This document shows, piece after piece, positions 19,073 through 27,952 of a stretch of 64,000 nucleotides of DNA. Below the pieces are notes generated by a model, which saw only the letters and a program-made list of their open reading frames with translations, searched no databases and had not been told where the DNA came from. A program made the position numbers and the translations under genes. Location: the IMG/VR virus record IMGVR_UViG_3300028026_000005, positions 22,962 to 86,961 of that record. The stretch is one strand, 5' to 3'. Position 1 is the stretch's first letter. Each line of letters opens with the position of its first letter. The stretch is from a virus.

Positions 19073-20731
19073 ATGAAACGCATTGTTTTACTCTTAGCGC
19101 TTCCCTATATTGCGTTTGCACAATATTCTTCATGGGCTCGTGACGCAACATTTAGAAGGTTGAGAATTTATGAGGGTATACGCCCTGTCTCTGGGAAACT
19201 TGTGTATATAGGCACCCCAATGAGACCTTTTTCTAGGGTCTGCGTTGACTCTGTCTTTGCTACATACTTAAAGGCTGGAAAACAATCAATAGATACTGTA
19301 TCAGCAGGAATTCTAAAGGTAGATACATCTATACTGTTTAATAATTTGAGTGCGTCGTTGCCAGATACGTCAGACGGAACTATGCTTTATCACCAAAGCG
19401 ATTTAATATTTTGGAAAGGAACTAACCGTATAGTTTTGACCGATGCTAGTTTTTTTGGCAGCGAGATTAACTGGAGCGAACTAGCTCAGAACGTCCAAGA
19501 CTCCATACAAGATTCCATTGCTTGGCCACGACTTACCCAAGCCGTAAAGGATTCTATACTGCGGTTCGGTTCCATCATTAACTGGGGAGAACTTGCTGGC
19601 TCTGTCCAAGACTCCATACAAGATTCCATCCCCTGGTCGCAAATTACTGCTGCTGCAAAGAACATGACAGATTCAACAATTCAAGGTCTGCCAGTCGTAG
19701 AAACAGCCCCGTCGGACAACTATATCTTAAAATATGATCAGGCATCAAGCAAGTTGCAGTGGGAGCCGGACGCTGCAGGTGCAGGCTCATCTTTAATAGC
19801 CAGTAGGGGTATTAGTCAAGACTCTTTGACCAAAGACACTATTTGTGTAATTTTAGATATATCTGACGGCTCACTTGACGACGACAATGACAGTCTAAAG
19901 GTTAAACAAGGTGGTATTGCGGCAGCCCATCTGTCTGCTGCTGTGCAAACCGATATAGATGAAGTAACATGGGGAGAGTTAGTCTCAGCTACGCAAGATT
20001 CAGTTGTAAAGTTTAGAGGAATTCAAGGGAAGGGGATTTCTGTCGACGCCGAAGACAGTATCCACCTGAACATAGATCAGTCATATGGTACGCTTGATTT
20101 ATATGATGACAGTCTCTCTGTTAAATTAGATGGCGTTGATGATAGATTTATAGACTGGGGTACAGGTTCTGATCAAGTTAACTCTGACGATATTCCTGAA
20201 GGAAGCAGCAATGCGTGGATGTCCAAAGCTTCCGTCGATCTTACTCTTTGCCCAGAGTATCCAGGTGCGTGCTTATACGCTACCGACACCACCAAAGATT
20301 CATGTGATCTTATAGCAACCAACACTGGTTCATCATCAAGTAAACGTAGAAACTATTATCAACTATGGTCAGAAAACTCCACCTTACAGCAATACGGCAT
20401 AACAATTCGATTCCAACTACCGACAGAGTTCTCTTCGTGGGATTCCGATTCAGCGATAACGATTTGGTTTATGACTGAATACGATTCTGCGGACAGCAAT
20501 AAAGTTAACGTGGCAGTTTACGAAGAAAGCGGTTCTTCTGCTGACGCGACATCTACAGGAAATCATTCTAATAATGCTTGGAGTACAATCGTGATTGATG
20601 ACTCTGCTCTTGGCGACTTAAATGCCGCCGAAGAGTACGGAGTGATTTTATTGACGCTATACAGTGTTAACGGAAGTAAAACTAATAATTTTGCCAGAGT
20701 TGGTGATATTAGACTGAGGTATAATAGATGA
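19073..20731 (+). CDS. Tail-fibre/adhesin-like protein with predicted Sec signal peptide
   Basis: MKRIVLLLALPYIAFA|Q (n/h/c regions, AxA site); fibre-like motifs YILKYDQASSKLQW, LKVKQGGI, IDWGTGSDQV; 37-aa internal repeat. Confidence 0.65.
   Translation: MKRIVLLLALPYIAFAQYSSWARDATFRRLRIYEGIRPVSGKLVYIGTPMRPFSRVCVDSVFATYLKAGKQSIDTVSAGILKVDTSILFNNLSASLPDTSDGTMLYHQSDLIFWKGTNRIVLTDASFFGSEINWSELAQNVQDSIQDSIAWPRLTQAVKDSILRFGSIINWGELAGSVQDSIQDSIPWSQITAAAKNMTDSTIQGLPVVETAPSDNYILKYDQASSKLQWEPDAAGAGSSLIASRGISQDSLTKDTICVILDISDGSLDDDNDSLKVKQGGIAAAHLSAAVQTDIDEVTWGELVSATQDSVVKFRGIQGKGISVDAEDSIHLNIDQSYGTLDLYDDSLSVKLDGVDDRFIDWGTGSDQVNSDDIPEGSSNAWMSKASVDLTLCPEYPGACLYATDTTKDSCDLIATNTGSSSSKRRNYYQLWSENSTLQQYGITIRFQLPTEFSSWDSDSAITIWFMTEYDSADSNKVNVAVYEESGSSADATSTGNHSNNAWSTIVIDDSALGDLNAAEEYGVILLTLYSVNGSKTNNFARVGDIRLRYNR
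19493..19629 (+). repeat. 26-nt identical direct repeat (19493-19518 and 19604-19629) within a 37-aa protein repeat
   Basis: gtccaagactccatacaagattccat occurs twice, 111 nt apart (VQDSIQDSI). Confidence 0.9.
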
Positions 20732-21417
20732 GCTTTTTAATCGGCTTATTATTCTTAATACAAGATGTGGATACACTTTATTCATACTCGGGCGATGGTT
20801 GCGTGTGTTATCAAGGATTAACGTGGTCATCGTGCCGAGATGCAAGTAGCGGAACGGCTGAAAATGGACGAGATACTCTGATGGCAGCTACCTCTTACGA
20901 TGGTTTTACCACTCCTGCGACTTACGGGATAGCTCGTGCAGGAATAAGCTTTCCACCGTTGGGAATAGGGTCTGATATTACAATAGATTCCGTTTTAGTA
21001 CAAATAACAGTAAAAACCTCCAGTAACTCTCCTTATGCGTTTTTAACAGACGGTTATGCGGCTGATAGCAGCTCTATCGCTGACGGTGATTATCCTGGGC
21101 TACTGTCTACAACCCTCCGTAGCAATGATAGTATCACAGGCACCGGAGCTGGCAAATTTTGGCTTGACTCAACAGCTATAAGCGGCTTGTCGCGTTCTGG
21201 TGGGTGCAATAAATTCTCAATTTTGGAACGCAATGATCTGCGGGATTTCACTCCTTCAGATCAGCGACAAATAGTATTTTACTCTAGAGAAAGCTCTACT
21301 CAAACAAATCGGCCAATATTGGTCATCTACACGTCGACAAATGATTTCCCGTTAGATGGTAGGCTTCGTGGCGGTAAGTGGCTAACAAAAGGTAAGGTAG
21401 TAATAAAGACCCCATGA
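20728..21417 (+). CDS. Putative extracytoplasmic/virion beta-sandwich (DNRLRE/CBM-like) protein
   Basis: Short hydrophobic N-term MSFLIGLLFLI; ARAGISFP..ITIDSV and FYSRESS..RPILVIY resemble DNRLRE-type domains; four Cys. Confidence 0.5.
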   Translation: MSFLIGLLFLIQDVDTLYSYSGDGCVCYQGLTWSSCRDASSGTAENGRDTLMAATSYDGFTTPATYGIARAGISFPPLGIGSDITIDSVLVQITVKTSSNSPYAFLTDGYAADSSSIADGDYPGLLSTTLRSNDSITGTGAGKFWLDSTAISGLSRSGGCNKFSILERNDLRDFTPSDQRQIVFYSRESSTQTNRPILVIYTSTNDFPLDGRLRGGKWLTKGKVVIKTP

Positions 21418-21470
21418 GGGTTTTGTATGTATGTGGTTAAAAGGGTTTCGACAATAAATTGGAGACAAGT

Positions 21471-22019
21471 ATGACTAAAAAAAATAAAAAAATAGGTGGT
21501 GAGGAGAACAAATACAAAGATCGTTCGCGCCGCGTTTTTTCTAAAGCTAGTGTTGCAGCGATAGAATCAATGCCGATTCCAGTAGTGGTTATTAGCAAAA
21601 GCTTCGAGCTGATGTACGCCAACAAACAGGCTTTGGCTTTGTATAAAGATAAGATAAGAAAGATAGGTAATCCTGTTGGGCAAAAGTGTTACAGTTTTTT
21701 CTATGGTGAAAAAGCTCCATGCTTAGGTGAGTGTCCAGTGCTTGCGTTGCTAACTCTCCATAGGGATGAGCCATACGAACATATTACAAAGCCAATTGAA
21801 ATAAATGGGCATATTTCACTTGGAGTTGTTTCTTCTATTCTAAAAGGAGAGGATGGCGAGGAATATATTATCGAGGTTAATTTGCCGGTTACACGCGATG
21901 GGTGGAGAAAACTTGTAAGTTTGATTAAAGTAGATGTTGGAATACAACATTTTAACGAAATAATGGACAAGGTTAAAAAACTAAGAACTGAGAATCAATT
22001 ATCGCAATGTTCTGACTAG
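21471..22019 (+). CDS. Stand-alone PAS-domain protein
   Basis: AIESMPIPVVVISKSFELMYANKQA..VGQKCYSFFYGEKAPCLGECPV is a PAS_4-type signature; GGAG before ATG 21471 (track start 21459); short coiled-coil tail. Confidence 0.75.
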   Translation: MTKKNKKIGGEENKYKDRSRRVFSKASVAAIESMPIPVVVISKSFELMYANKQALALYKDKIRKIGNPVGQKCYSFFYGEKAPCLGECPVLALLTLHRDEPYEHITKPIEINGHISLGVVSSILKGEDGEEYIIEVNLPVTRDGWRKLVSLIKVDVGIQHFNEIMDKVKKLRTENQLSQCSD

Positions 22020-22046
22020 CTATAATATAATAAAAAGGAGTGCAAT

Positions 22047-22568
22047 ATGAGCAACCAGCGGGGGGATCAGCCTGCAGGCGTAGACTTAGGAGAAAAGCTT
22101 ATGGAGCTAATTGTTTCGATAGCTAAAGCAAATACTGATACGACAACTGAGCAGGTACGCTTAACCGAGGTACAAAAGACGATTTTGCATGGTATCGAAC
22201 GAGCTAACGCAAAACTATACAACGGGATGGTATCCGAAATAGTTGCCAAGGTTATCGAAAAGGTTAAAATGCTATTCGAACAATCCCGTTCGCAGTCTCA
22301 AGCTAACGCTGATCTTAATGCGAAAGATACAAGTGGGATTTTATCGCTGGCTATAGAAACAAAAAACTTGCTAACCAATAATCGTTGTGGATTAGCAGCC
22401 ATAGAAACCAAAGTTGAAAGCCTGAAAGAACGAAATTCGCTGCTTAAAAAAATTCGTAATCAAAATATAGTTATTTTCATCTTATTGGCTGGCTTAATTG
22501 CACAAATGCTAGGGCTGATTGGTTTAAGTGTTAAAATGCTAATTGATTTTGTTTCCGCGCTTGGGTAA
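22047..22568 (+). CDS. Coiled-coil protein with C-terminal transmembrane segment (holin-like candidate)
   Basis: AAGGAG RBS; NIVIFILLAGLIAQMLGLIGLSV at the C-terminus. Confidence 0.6.
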   Translation: MSNQRGDQPAGVDLGEKLMELIVSIAKANTDTTTEQVRLTEVQKTILHGIERANAKLYNGMVSEIVAKVIEKVKMLFEQSRSQSQANADLNAKDTSGILSLAIETKNLLTNNRCGLAAIETKVESLKERNSLLKKIRNQNIVIFILLAGLIAQMLGLIGLSVKMLIDFVSALG

Positions 22569-22610
22569 TGAAAGGCCTTGACATGAGCGCTCAAGTACAT
22601 ATACTAACTT

Positions 22611-23450
22611 ATGGATAAGCATCAACAAGACAATTACAAAACCCCTGATGGTTTTGGGAATATCCGTGGAGACAAGCATCTTGGGCCTGAGTTCGCCATG
22701 CCGATATATGGCTTTGAGCCTAAGCATTTTCGCGGATTGAAGCAAATGAAAAAGCTGGAAACAGCAATCCTGTTTACTTCAAACGAAACATACCCTAAAG
22801 TGCCTTACGAAACATTAATGTCTTATCTAGGTACAATTATTCCATCTAAGACTTCACTCTTCCATGTCCCTGCAAAAACTAGTTCTGCGTCTAAAAATAC
22901 TGGCATCAAAAGACTTATTACTTTAGCGTTAGATAAACCAAACTTAGCCGGTGCGTTTATTATAAACCCATCCGTTATGCACGTAAGGAGTAGAGCAGTT
23001 TTTTATAAATTACTAGCATGGAACGTGGATGTAATGGCTGTTCCTGCATATTTACTTCTTCCGAGACAGTATAACAATGAATCGGTAGGGCAAATGGATG
23101 CGTATAAGCGAAATTCAGAAAATGTGCTTATGCCGTTATCTGCAAGAGAGTATTTGCTTCGCCAGCATCAACGTCCGATAGTAGTTGATGTTGCGGCTCC
23201 TAACTTTATGTGGATAAGCGGAAATGTTTTGCGCAAACTAAAGGGCTATCAAAACAAAAATCTCTTTCGGGTAACTGATGACTGCATGGATGAAAACGTT
23301 TCATTTTGTCGAGCCATCACTGAAGAGGCAGATGCGTCTATCTTGCTTGAACCAACGTTGTTTGGTATAACACAAGCTACGATCAACATTGGAACAGAGA
23401 CGTTGAAGAGGGATTACTTTTCCGCTTTGTCACAAGGATCTGATGAATGA
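22611..23450 (+). CDS. Degenerate GT-A (family 2-like) glycosyltransferase-like protein
   Basis: VDVAAPNFMWISGNVLRKL..F..MDENVSFC..ILLEP resembles phage GT2-like GxGFxLIxRxV..EDxxFC..IxxDP. Confidence 0.45.
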   Translation: MDKHQQDNYKTPDGFGNIRGDKHLGPEFAMPIYGFEPKHFRGLKQMKKLETAILFTSNETYPKVPYETLMSYLGTIIPSKTSLFHVPAKTSSASKNTGIKRLITLALDKPNLAGAFIINPSVMHVRSRAVFYKLLAWNVDVMAVPAYLLLPRQYNNESVGQMDAYKRNSENVLMPLSAREYLLRQHQRPIVVDVAAPNFMWISGNVLRKLKGYQNKNLFRVTDDCMDENVSFCRAITEEADASILLEPTLFGITQATINIGTETLKRDYFSALSQGSDE

Positions 23451-23881
23451 GCGCTAAAAAGGGTTTTGAACGCCATTTTGAAATTTGGCCAGTGATTGTT
23501 GGAACAGAATCTTCTCTTGAGATACCTTTGAGAGACAAAGAAGGCAACCCAGTGGCTTCCCCGTCTATTACTGATATCTATGACGAAATTGTATTAACTG
23601 CACATACTCAATCTGCTGATGCAACTAAACCATTGTTAGCTATAAAGAGATCGGAGAAGCCTGGTCAATTTGAAGTTGATTTAACTGACACTAGCAACCC
23701 AACGCTTAGGATAACCTTGCTTCCAACCGACACGTCAGAGTTTTACACTAAAAGCTTGCCAATTATTGCTGATTTTGAGGTCCGCGCATTAAACCTCAAA
23801 CCTGCGTACCAAGCAACTTATCCTGCTGTTATCGTTTTAGATACAGGGATCTTCAATTTGCAAACTGGTGTTGTGATTTAA
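23447..23881 (+). CDS. Hypothetical Ig-like (BppU N-terminal-like) protein
   Basis: Beta-strand pattern LEIPLRDKEG..LRITLLPTDT..DFEV; overlapping start/stop coupling. Confidence 0.4.
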   Translation: MSAKKGFERHFEIWPVIVGTESSLEIPLRDKEGNPVASPSITDIYDEIVLTAHTQSADATKPLLAIKRSEKPGQFEVDLTDTSNPTLRITLLPTDTSEFYTKSLPIIADFEVRALNLKPAYQATYPAVIVLDTGIFNLQTGVVI

Positions 23882-23893
23882 TTAGGAGGCGTA

Positions 23894-24676
23894 GTGTTGT
23901 TTAACCCCTTAGGTGGTTTACGGATTTTAGTTTCCTCAGAATCTGCTACGAACGATATTTATGAGCTTAATGAATACTTGAGAAAAAATTACAAAGCATT
24001 GCAATCCTTTGAAGGGATTATTATGCACCATTCAGCAACAAAAGACGCTGTACACTATCGGGACACGACAGGCATTAAAAGATTTCATACCTCTTACCGT
24101 ATCAAGGGTAGGATTTTATCTAAAGCTGAAGTGGACAAGAAAATTTACGCTAAATTCAAGAAAAAACCGTCGTCTGAGACAGAGCGTAAAAAGTTAGCTG
24201 CAAAGTGTCATATTCAAGCCCCGTGGAGAGATGTGGGTTATCAGTTCTTAATAGAGCAGGTCGATAGCATAAAGAAGGAAACATTTTGGACTTTTGACAG
24301 TAGCTGGGTGCCAAAAGTTTCTGTAGTAGAAACCCTTAAGGAAAGCACTTTCACTTTGCAAATAGGAAGACCACTAACAGACCCCAAAACAGGCAAGGCG
24401 ATGTCAGGGGCGCACACCAGAGGGTGTAATAGAACCCATATAGGCATCTGTGTCGTTGGTAATTTTGACAAGAAAGTGCCGAGCAAAGAACTGCTTAAGT
24501 TTGGGGCGAACGTTGTAAATACAATAAGAAGGTATCAACCAGGAATAACAGTAGATAAGGTTGAACCGCACCGTAAGTACGCAAAAAAAACTTGTCCTGG
24601 AAGACTGTTTGATATGATCTTATTTAGATCTATGTTGACACCTTCAAATAAACTAAACACATGGAGGCCAGAGTGA
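23894..24676 (+). CDS. N-acetylmuramoyl-L-alanine amidase (Amidase_2) endolysin
   Basis: IIMHHSAT, VGYQFLI, GAHTRGCNRTHIGICVVGNFD, PHRKYAKKTCPG zinc-amidase motifs; AGGAGG RBS. Confidence 0.88.
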   Translation: MLFNPLGGLRILVSSESATNDIYELNEYLRKNYKALQSFEGIIMHHSATKDAVHYRDTTGIKRFHTSYRIKGRILSKAEVDKKIYAKFKKKPSSETERKKLAAKCHIQAPWRDVGYQFLIEQVDSIKKETFWTFDSSWVPKVSVVETLKESTFTLQIGRPLTDPKTGKAMSGAHTRGCNRTHIGICVVGNFDKKVPSKELLKFGANVVNTIRRYQPGITVDKVEPHRKYAKKTCPGRLFDMILFRSMLTPSNKLNTWRPE

Positions 24677-25098
24677 GCGCAACGAGAAAACTTATATTTT
24701 TACAATGCGGAGCATTAGGGATGGTAATAGGTCAGGTAGAAGTAATAAAGGCTGATGTTGATTTCTCTGCAGCCGATTTTGCAGCAAAAATCGGAAAATA
24801 TAATCAACTGAAATTATATCAGCCTATGGGCGTAGGCGTACAGATAGCTGGTAGGGTAAATCTAACTGAATCCACCAATTTGTTTGGGCTATTCCCGGTA
24901 ATGTTCAAAGATCCTTCAGACAAAGAAAGCTGTATTTTTATACCATCGAGAAGTATTACTGTCATAAGTACTGACATGCCAAACGAGATTAAGGAAGCAT
25001 ATCGCGCAGCAACGAACAAATTTGAGCTTTCGATTAAAGAGATTGGTAAATCACCTATTATCAGGACGGCTGCTGCGTCAAACGTTAAACTTAAATAG
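24673..25098 (+). CDS. Hypothetical protein
   Basis: GTG start overlapping the amidase stop, GGAGG upstream (track start 24661). Confidence 0.6.
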   Translation: MSATRKLIFLQCGALGMVIGQVEVIKADVDFSAADFAAKIGKYNQLKLYQPMGVGVQIAGRVNLTESTNLFGLFPVMFKDPSDKESCIFIPSRSITVISTDMPNEIKEAYRAATNKFELSIKEIGKSPIIRTAAASNVKLK

Positions 25099-25125
25099 TT
25101 TATTTTAGCCAAAAAGGAGGCTTAC

Positions 25126-25494
25126 ATGATACCCGAAGAGTTAGCAAACAATGGAACCTTTTTTGTTATAACAATAACCTGGGGCATTTTAGTGTCTATT
25201 GCTGCAAAGGTAATGTTTAAGGCTAAACCTTTCCCAAAATGGTTTAAGGTTGTCGCTCCACCTTCTACAGTTTTGATATGCATTGTTGCAGCTGCATTTA
25301 TAACTGGGCAATATAAAAACTGGCATAGTTTTATGGACTGGGCTACAGGCATCCTCGGTGGGTTGTTGGCTATGCAGACTTGGTATCTCTATTTAGACAA
25401 GCGTGTTATGCAAATTTTCCCTTGGTGGAGGAAGCTTGCTGAAGATCGACCAAAACCTAAAGAATCTAGCAAGAAGAAAAAAAATAAAAAATGA
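25126..25494 (+). CDS. Putative holin (three hydrophobic segments, basic C-terminus)
   Basis: AAGGAGG RBS; three TM-like stretches and a KKKKNKK tail; near the amidase. Confidence 0.6.
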   Translation: MIPEELANNGTFFVITITWGILVSIAAKVMFKAKPFPKWFKVVAPPSTVLICIVAAAFITGQYKNWHSFMDWATGILGGLLAMQTWYLYLDKRVMQIFPWWRKLAEDRPKPKESSKKKKNKK

Positions 25495-25946
25495 ATTCAT
25501 GGGGAAGCTTGCCATTTCGTGCAATACAGTATGTCTCTGAGCAATATAATAAGCTATATTCATTAGGGGCGTTTGATTTTACTGATACTGACAACACCTT
25601 AGAGTACCAGCTTGAAAACTTCTCTGAAATTGAGCACGTAGCTCAAGCTCAACAGTGTGTTTTGCGTGCTTACGGAGAGAATCAAAAGGTTCATCTTCTA
25701 TGGGCTATCTTCCATCTTATGTACGCAACCGGTACCGCACACAGGCATTTGCCAAGTTGTTTTCATGGTGGGGCTATAATTAGCATGTCTAAGTTAAGTG
25801 AAAATCTAATTTGCGAGGACAGTCTTGTTGTTTTCGACAAAATGATGAGCGCTGTTTTCCTTTCGCATGTCAACCCAGAAGCTGCAACTAAAGCGTTATT
25901 CTACATGCTTTGGTTTCTTCAGCTTCAATACTTGAGAGGTAAGTAA
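25491..25946 (+). CDS. Hypothetical protein
   Basis: 151-aa ORF coupled to its neighbours. Confidence 0.55.
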   Translation: MNSWGSLPFRAIQYVSEQYNKLYSLGAFDFTDTDNTLEYQLENFSEIEHVAQAQQCVLRAYGENQKVHLLWAIFHLMYATGTAHRHLPSCFHGGAIISMSKLSENLICEDSLVVFDKMMSAVFLSHVNPEAATKALFYMLWFLQLQYLRGK

Positions 25947-25948
25947 TT

Positions 25949-26707
25949 ATGCCAAATGAAACTTTTAGAGATATGGAAAAACGAGCCGCCCTTGAGGCGA
26001 TTGATTCGTTTTTAGATACAGGCTTTGAGATACCTAATCATTTAGATGAAATTCTAATTAAAGAAGCTGGGGCCACGATTGTTTCTTTACCAGTAGGAAC
26101 TAGGCAGGAGATAGAACAGTCGATAGAAACGTTTCAAGGCATCAGAGATAGCCTTAGCCCAGTCGTTCGAGCGCAGATTGGCATCAAACTAGCATCTGTT
26201 GCAAAAACAAATCACGCACTCATGGCTCCCGCCTTTGCAAAGTATGCGAATACAAAATTCTCTCCTTTTGCAGAATTAGAGTTAGAAAAACGAGCAGAGC
26301 TTGCGGTTAATTTATCTCCTGAAGCCATGTTCGCTTACCAGCGACTTCAAGAGCTGCTGCCTCGGACTAATCCAGTCAAACTTGCGATGGCAACTACCTT
26401 ATATGATGACGCTTTTGGGTTAACCGAATACTATGGTTCAAAATTAAACGAACCTGTGCCATATATGCTCTCAAAAGTTGGTGAAGAATACCCTGATGCT
26501 GAAGCGTTTATGGCTGCATCTTGGAATGTAGGTGACGATGTATTGACTAGTAATGAATTAAGGGATGCCTTGTTAACTAAAGAAGCGACCTTCCGCGAAT
26601 ATTTTGCTGATTCAATTACAGATCAGTTGCAGGAAAACCCAGAAGCTGTTTTTGATGCTATGCCCGATGGGTTCAAGTCAGTTGTTTTGAGGATTGTCAA
26701 GTCATGA
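25949..26707 (+). CDS. Putative head-associated protein (K-x-A family)
   Basis: EKRAA, IKEAG, IKLAS, EKRAE, VKLAM. Confidence 0.65.
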   Translation: MPNETFRDMEKRAALEAIDSFLDTGFEIPNHLDEILIKEAGATIVSLPVGTRQEIEQSIETFQGIRDSLSPVVRAQIGIKLASVAKTNHALMAPAFAKYANTKFSPFAELELEKRAELAVNLSPEAMFAYQRLQELLPRTNPVKLAMATTLYDDAFGLTEYYGSKLNEPVPYMLSKVGEEYPDAEAFMAASWNVGDDVLTSNELRDALLTKEATFREYFADSITDQLQENPEAVFDAMPDGFKSVVLRIVKS

Positions 26708-27933
26708 GCGATACTGAGAATAAGATTATCAAAAACATCAGTGGTGTTAACGCTAGGATTAGAAAAGTGTCCAAAGATAAGAGGACATCTGCTGACGAGT
26801 TTTTTAATTCCGTTAAGGGAAAGTCTGGTGATTTTGGTAATATTCCTCCTGGAAAAACTAAAGCTGCCGTTCCTAAAAAACCTCCCAAAAAACGCAAGGC
26901 CCCACCTAAGACTGAACCTGCCATTCCCGAAAATGAGAAGTCTGAAACTGGCATTCAGAAAAATGCGACTCAAGAAACAGCATTCCCCGCAGGCTTGAAC
27001 ATTATGGATATCCCTAAAGCCCCGCCGGTCAATCCAGATGATGCTGAATTGAAAGATCCTCCAGCAAAAGATACGGTGACATCTGACTACGCGCTTGGCA
27101 CAATAGCTGACATCTACTCATCTTCAGCTCCTGTGTTTATTGGGCCTTTGTGCAATTATCTTCTTGCGGCTATAGAAGAGGAAAATTGGGTTGAGCTTTG
27201 GCACCCCCAGGATTCCGCTTTGCAAATTCTAGGCGTCAACCCAATACAGGCGACAACAGAGCAAGTTATTGAAAAAGTAAGGGAATTAATTGCTCCATTC
27301 GGAAAACCAGAGGGGTACTGGCAAGTCAAAGACCCGATATTGTTCCTTAACAGACTTTCCTTGGCGCACGTCATGCTGGGGCTAAAGGAAGGAACAGACA
27401 TTCCATTTTTTAGAGATGTTACGGCATTTAGCATGACTGCAGCTACGTTAAATGGTAGACAATCGCTCATCACCGGACAAGTACAGGCATCGTCCCCAGA
27501 GCAATTGTTCTTCATGTTCGATCAGCTTAGGCCATCTGGTTTTGAAGCTGGTGCATGGGATTGGACAAATGTACTGTCAGATGCAGCGATCCACTACGTG
27601 GCTAAAACCTTTACTTTTCATGAAAACTTGGTTCTACCAAAGGAGCTTGCGTCGATAAACGATGTAATGGATTCATTTTTATCTCCTGACGCTAAGGCTA
27701 TTAAGCAAAAAACACTTAATGCTTTCTTGAAGTATTATAATGGAGAGCCGAATCCTAGTGAAGCTGAAGATCCTGCAGTCGCTCGCCAAATCGAAAAGGT
27801 AAACACATTAGCCGAATATGCTCAGGTTGCACGAGCTAATTTCTTTGAGCAGCAGTGGCCTCGCATAGTGGATGTGTTTCAACGATTGGGCTGTGACGTT
27901 GCTGACATCGATAAATTAGCTGAAATCCCTTGA
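26704..27933 (+). CDS. Hypothetical protein upstream of the portal
   Basis: 409-aa ORF, Lys/Pro-rich N-terminus; no recognised family. Confidence 0.65.
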   Translation: MSDTENKIIKNISGVNARIRKVSKDKRTSADEFFNSVKGKSGDFGNIPPGKTKAAVPKKPPKKRKAPPKTEPAIPENEKSETGIQKNATQETAFPAGLNIMDIPKAPPVNPDDAELKDPPAKDTVTSDYALGTIADIYSSSAPVFIGPLCNYLLAAIEEENWVELWHPQDSALQILGVNPIQATTEQVIEKVRELIAPFGKPEGYWQVKDPILFLNRLSLAHVMLGLKEGTDIPFFRDVTAFSMTAATLNGRQSLITGQVQASSPEQLFFMFDQLRPSGFEAGAWDWTNVLSDAAIHYVAKTFTFHENLVLPKELASINDVMDSFLSPDAKAIKQKTLNAFLKYYNGEPNPSEAEDPAVARQIEKVNTLAEYAQVARANFFEQQWPRIVDVFQRLGCDVADIDKLAEIP

Positions 27934-27952
27934 TGGGATACCAGGAGGAAAA

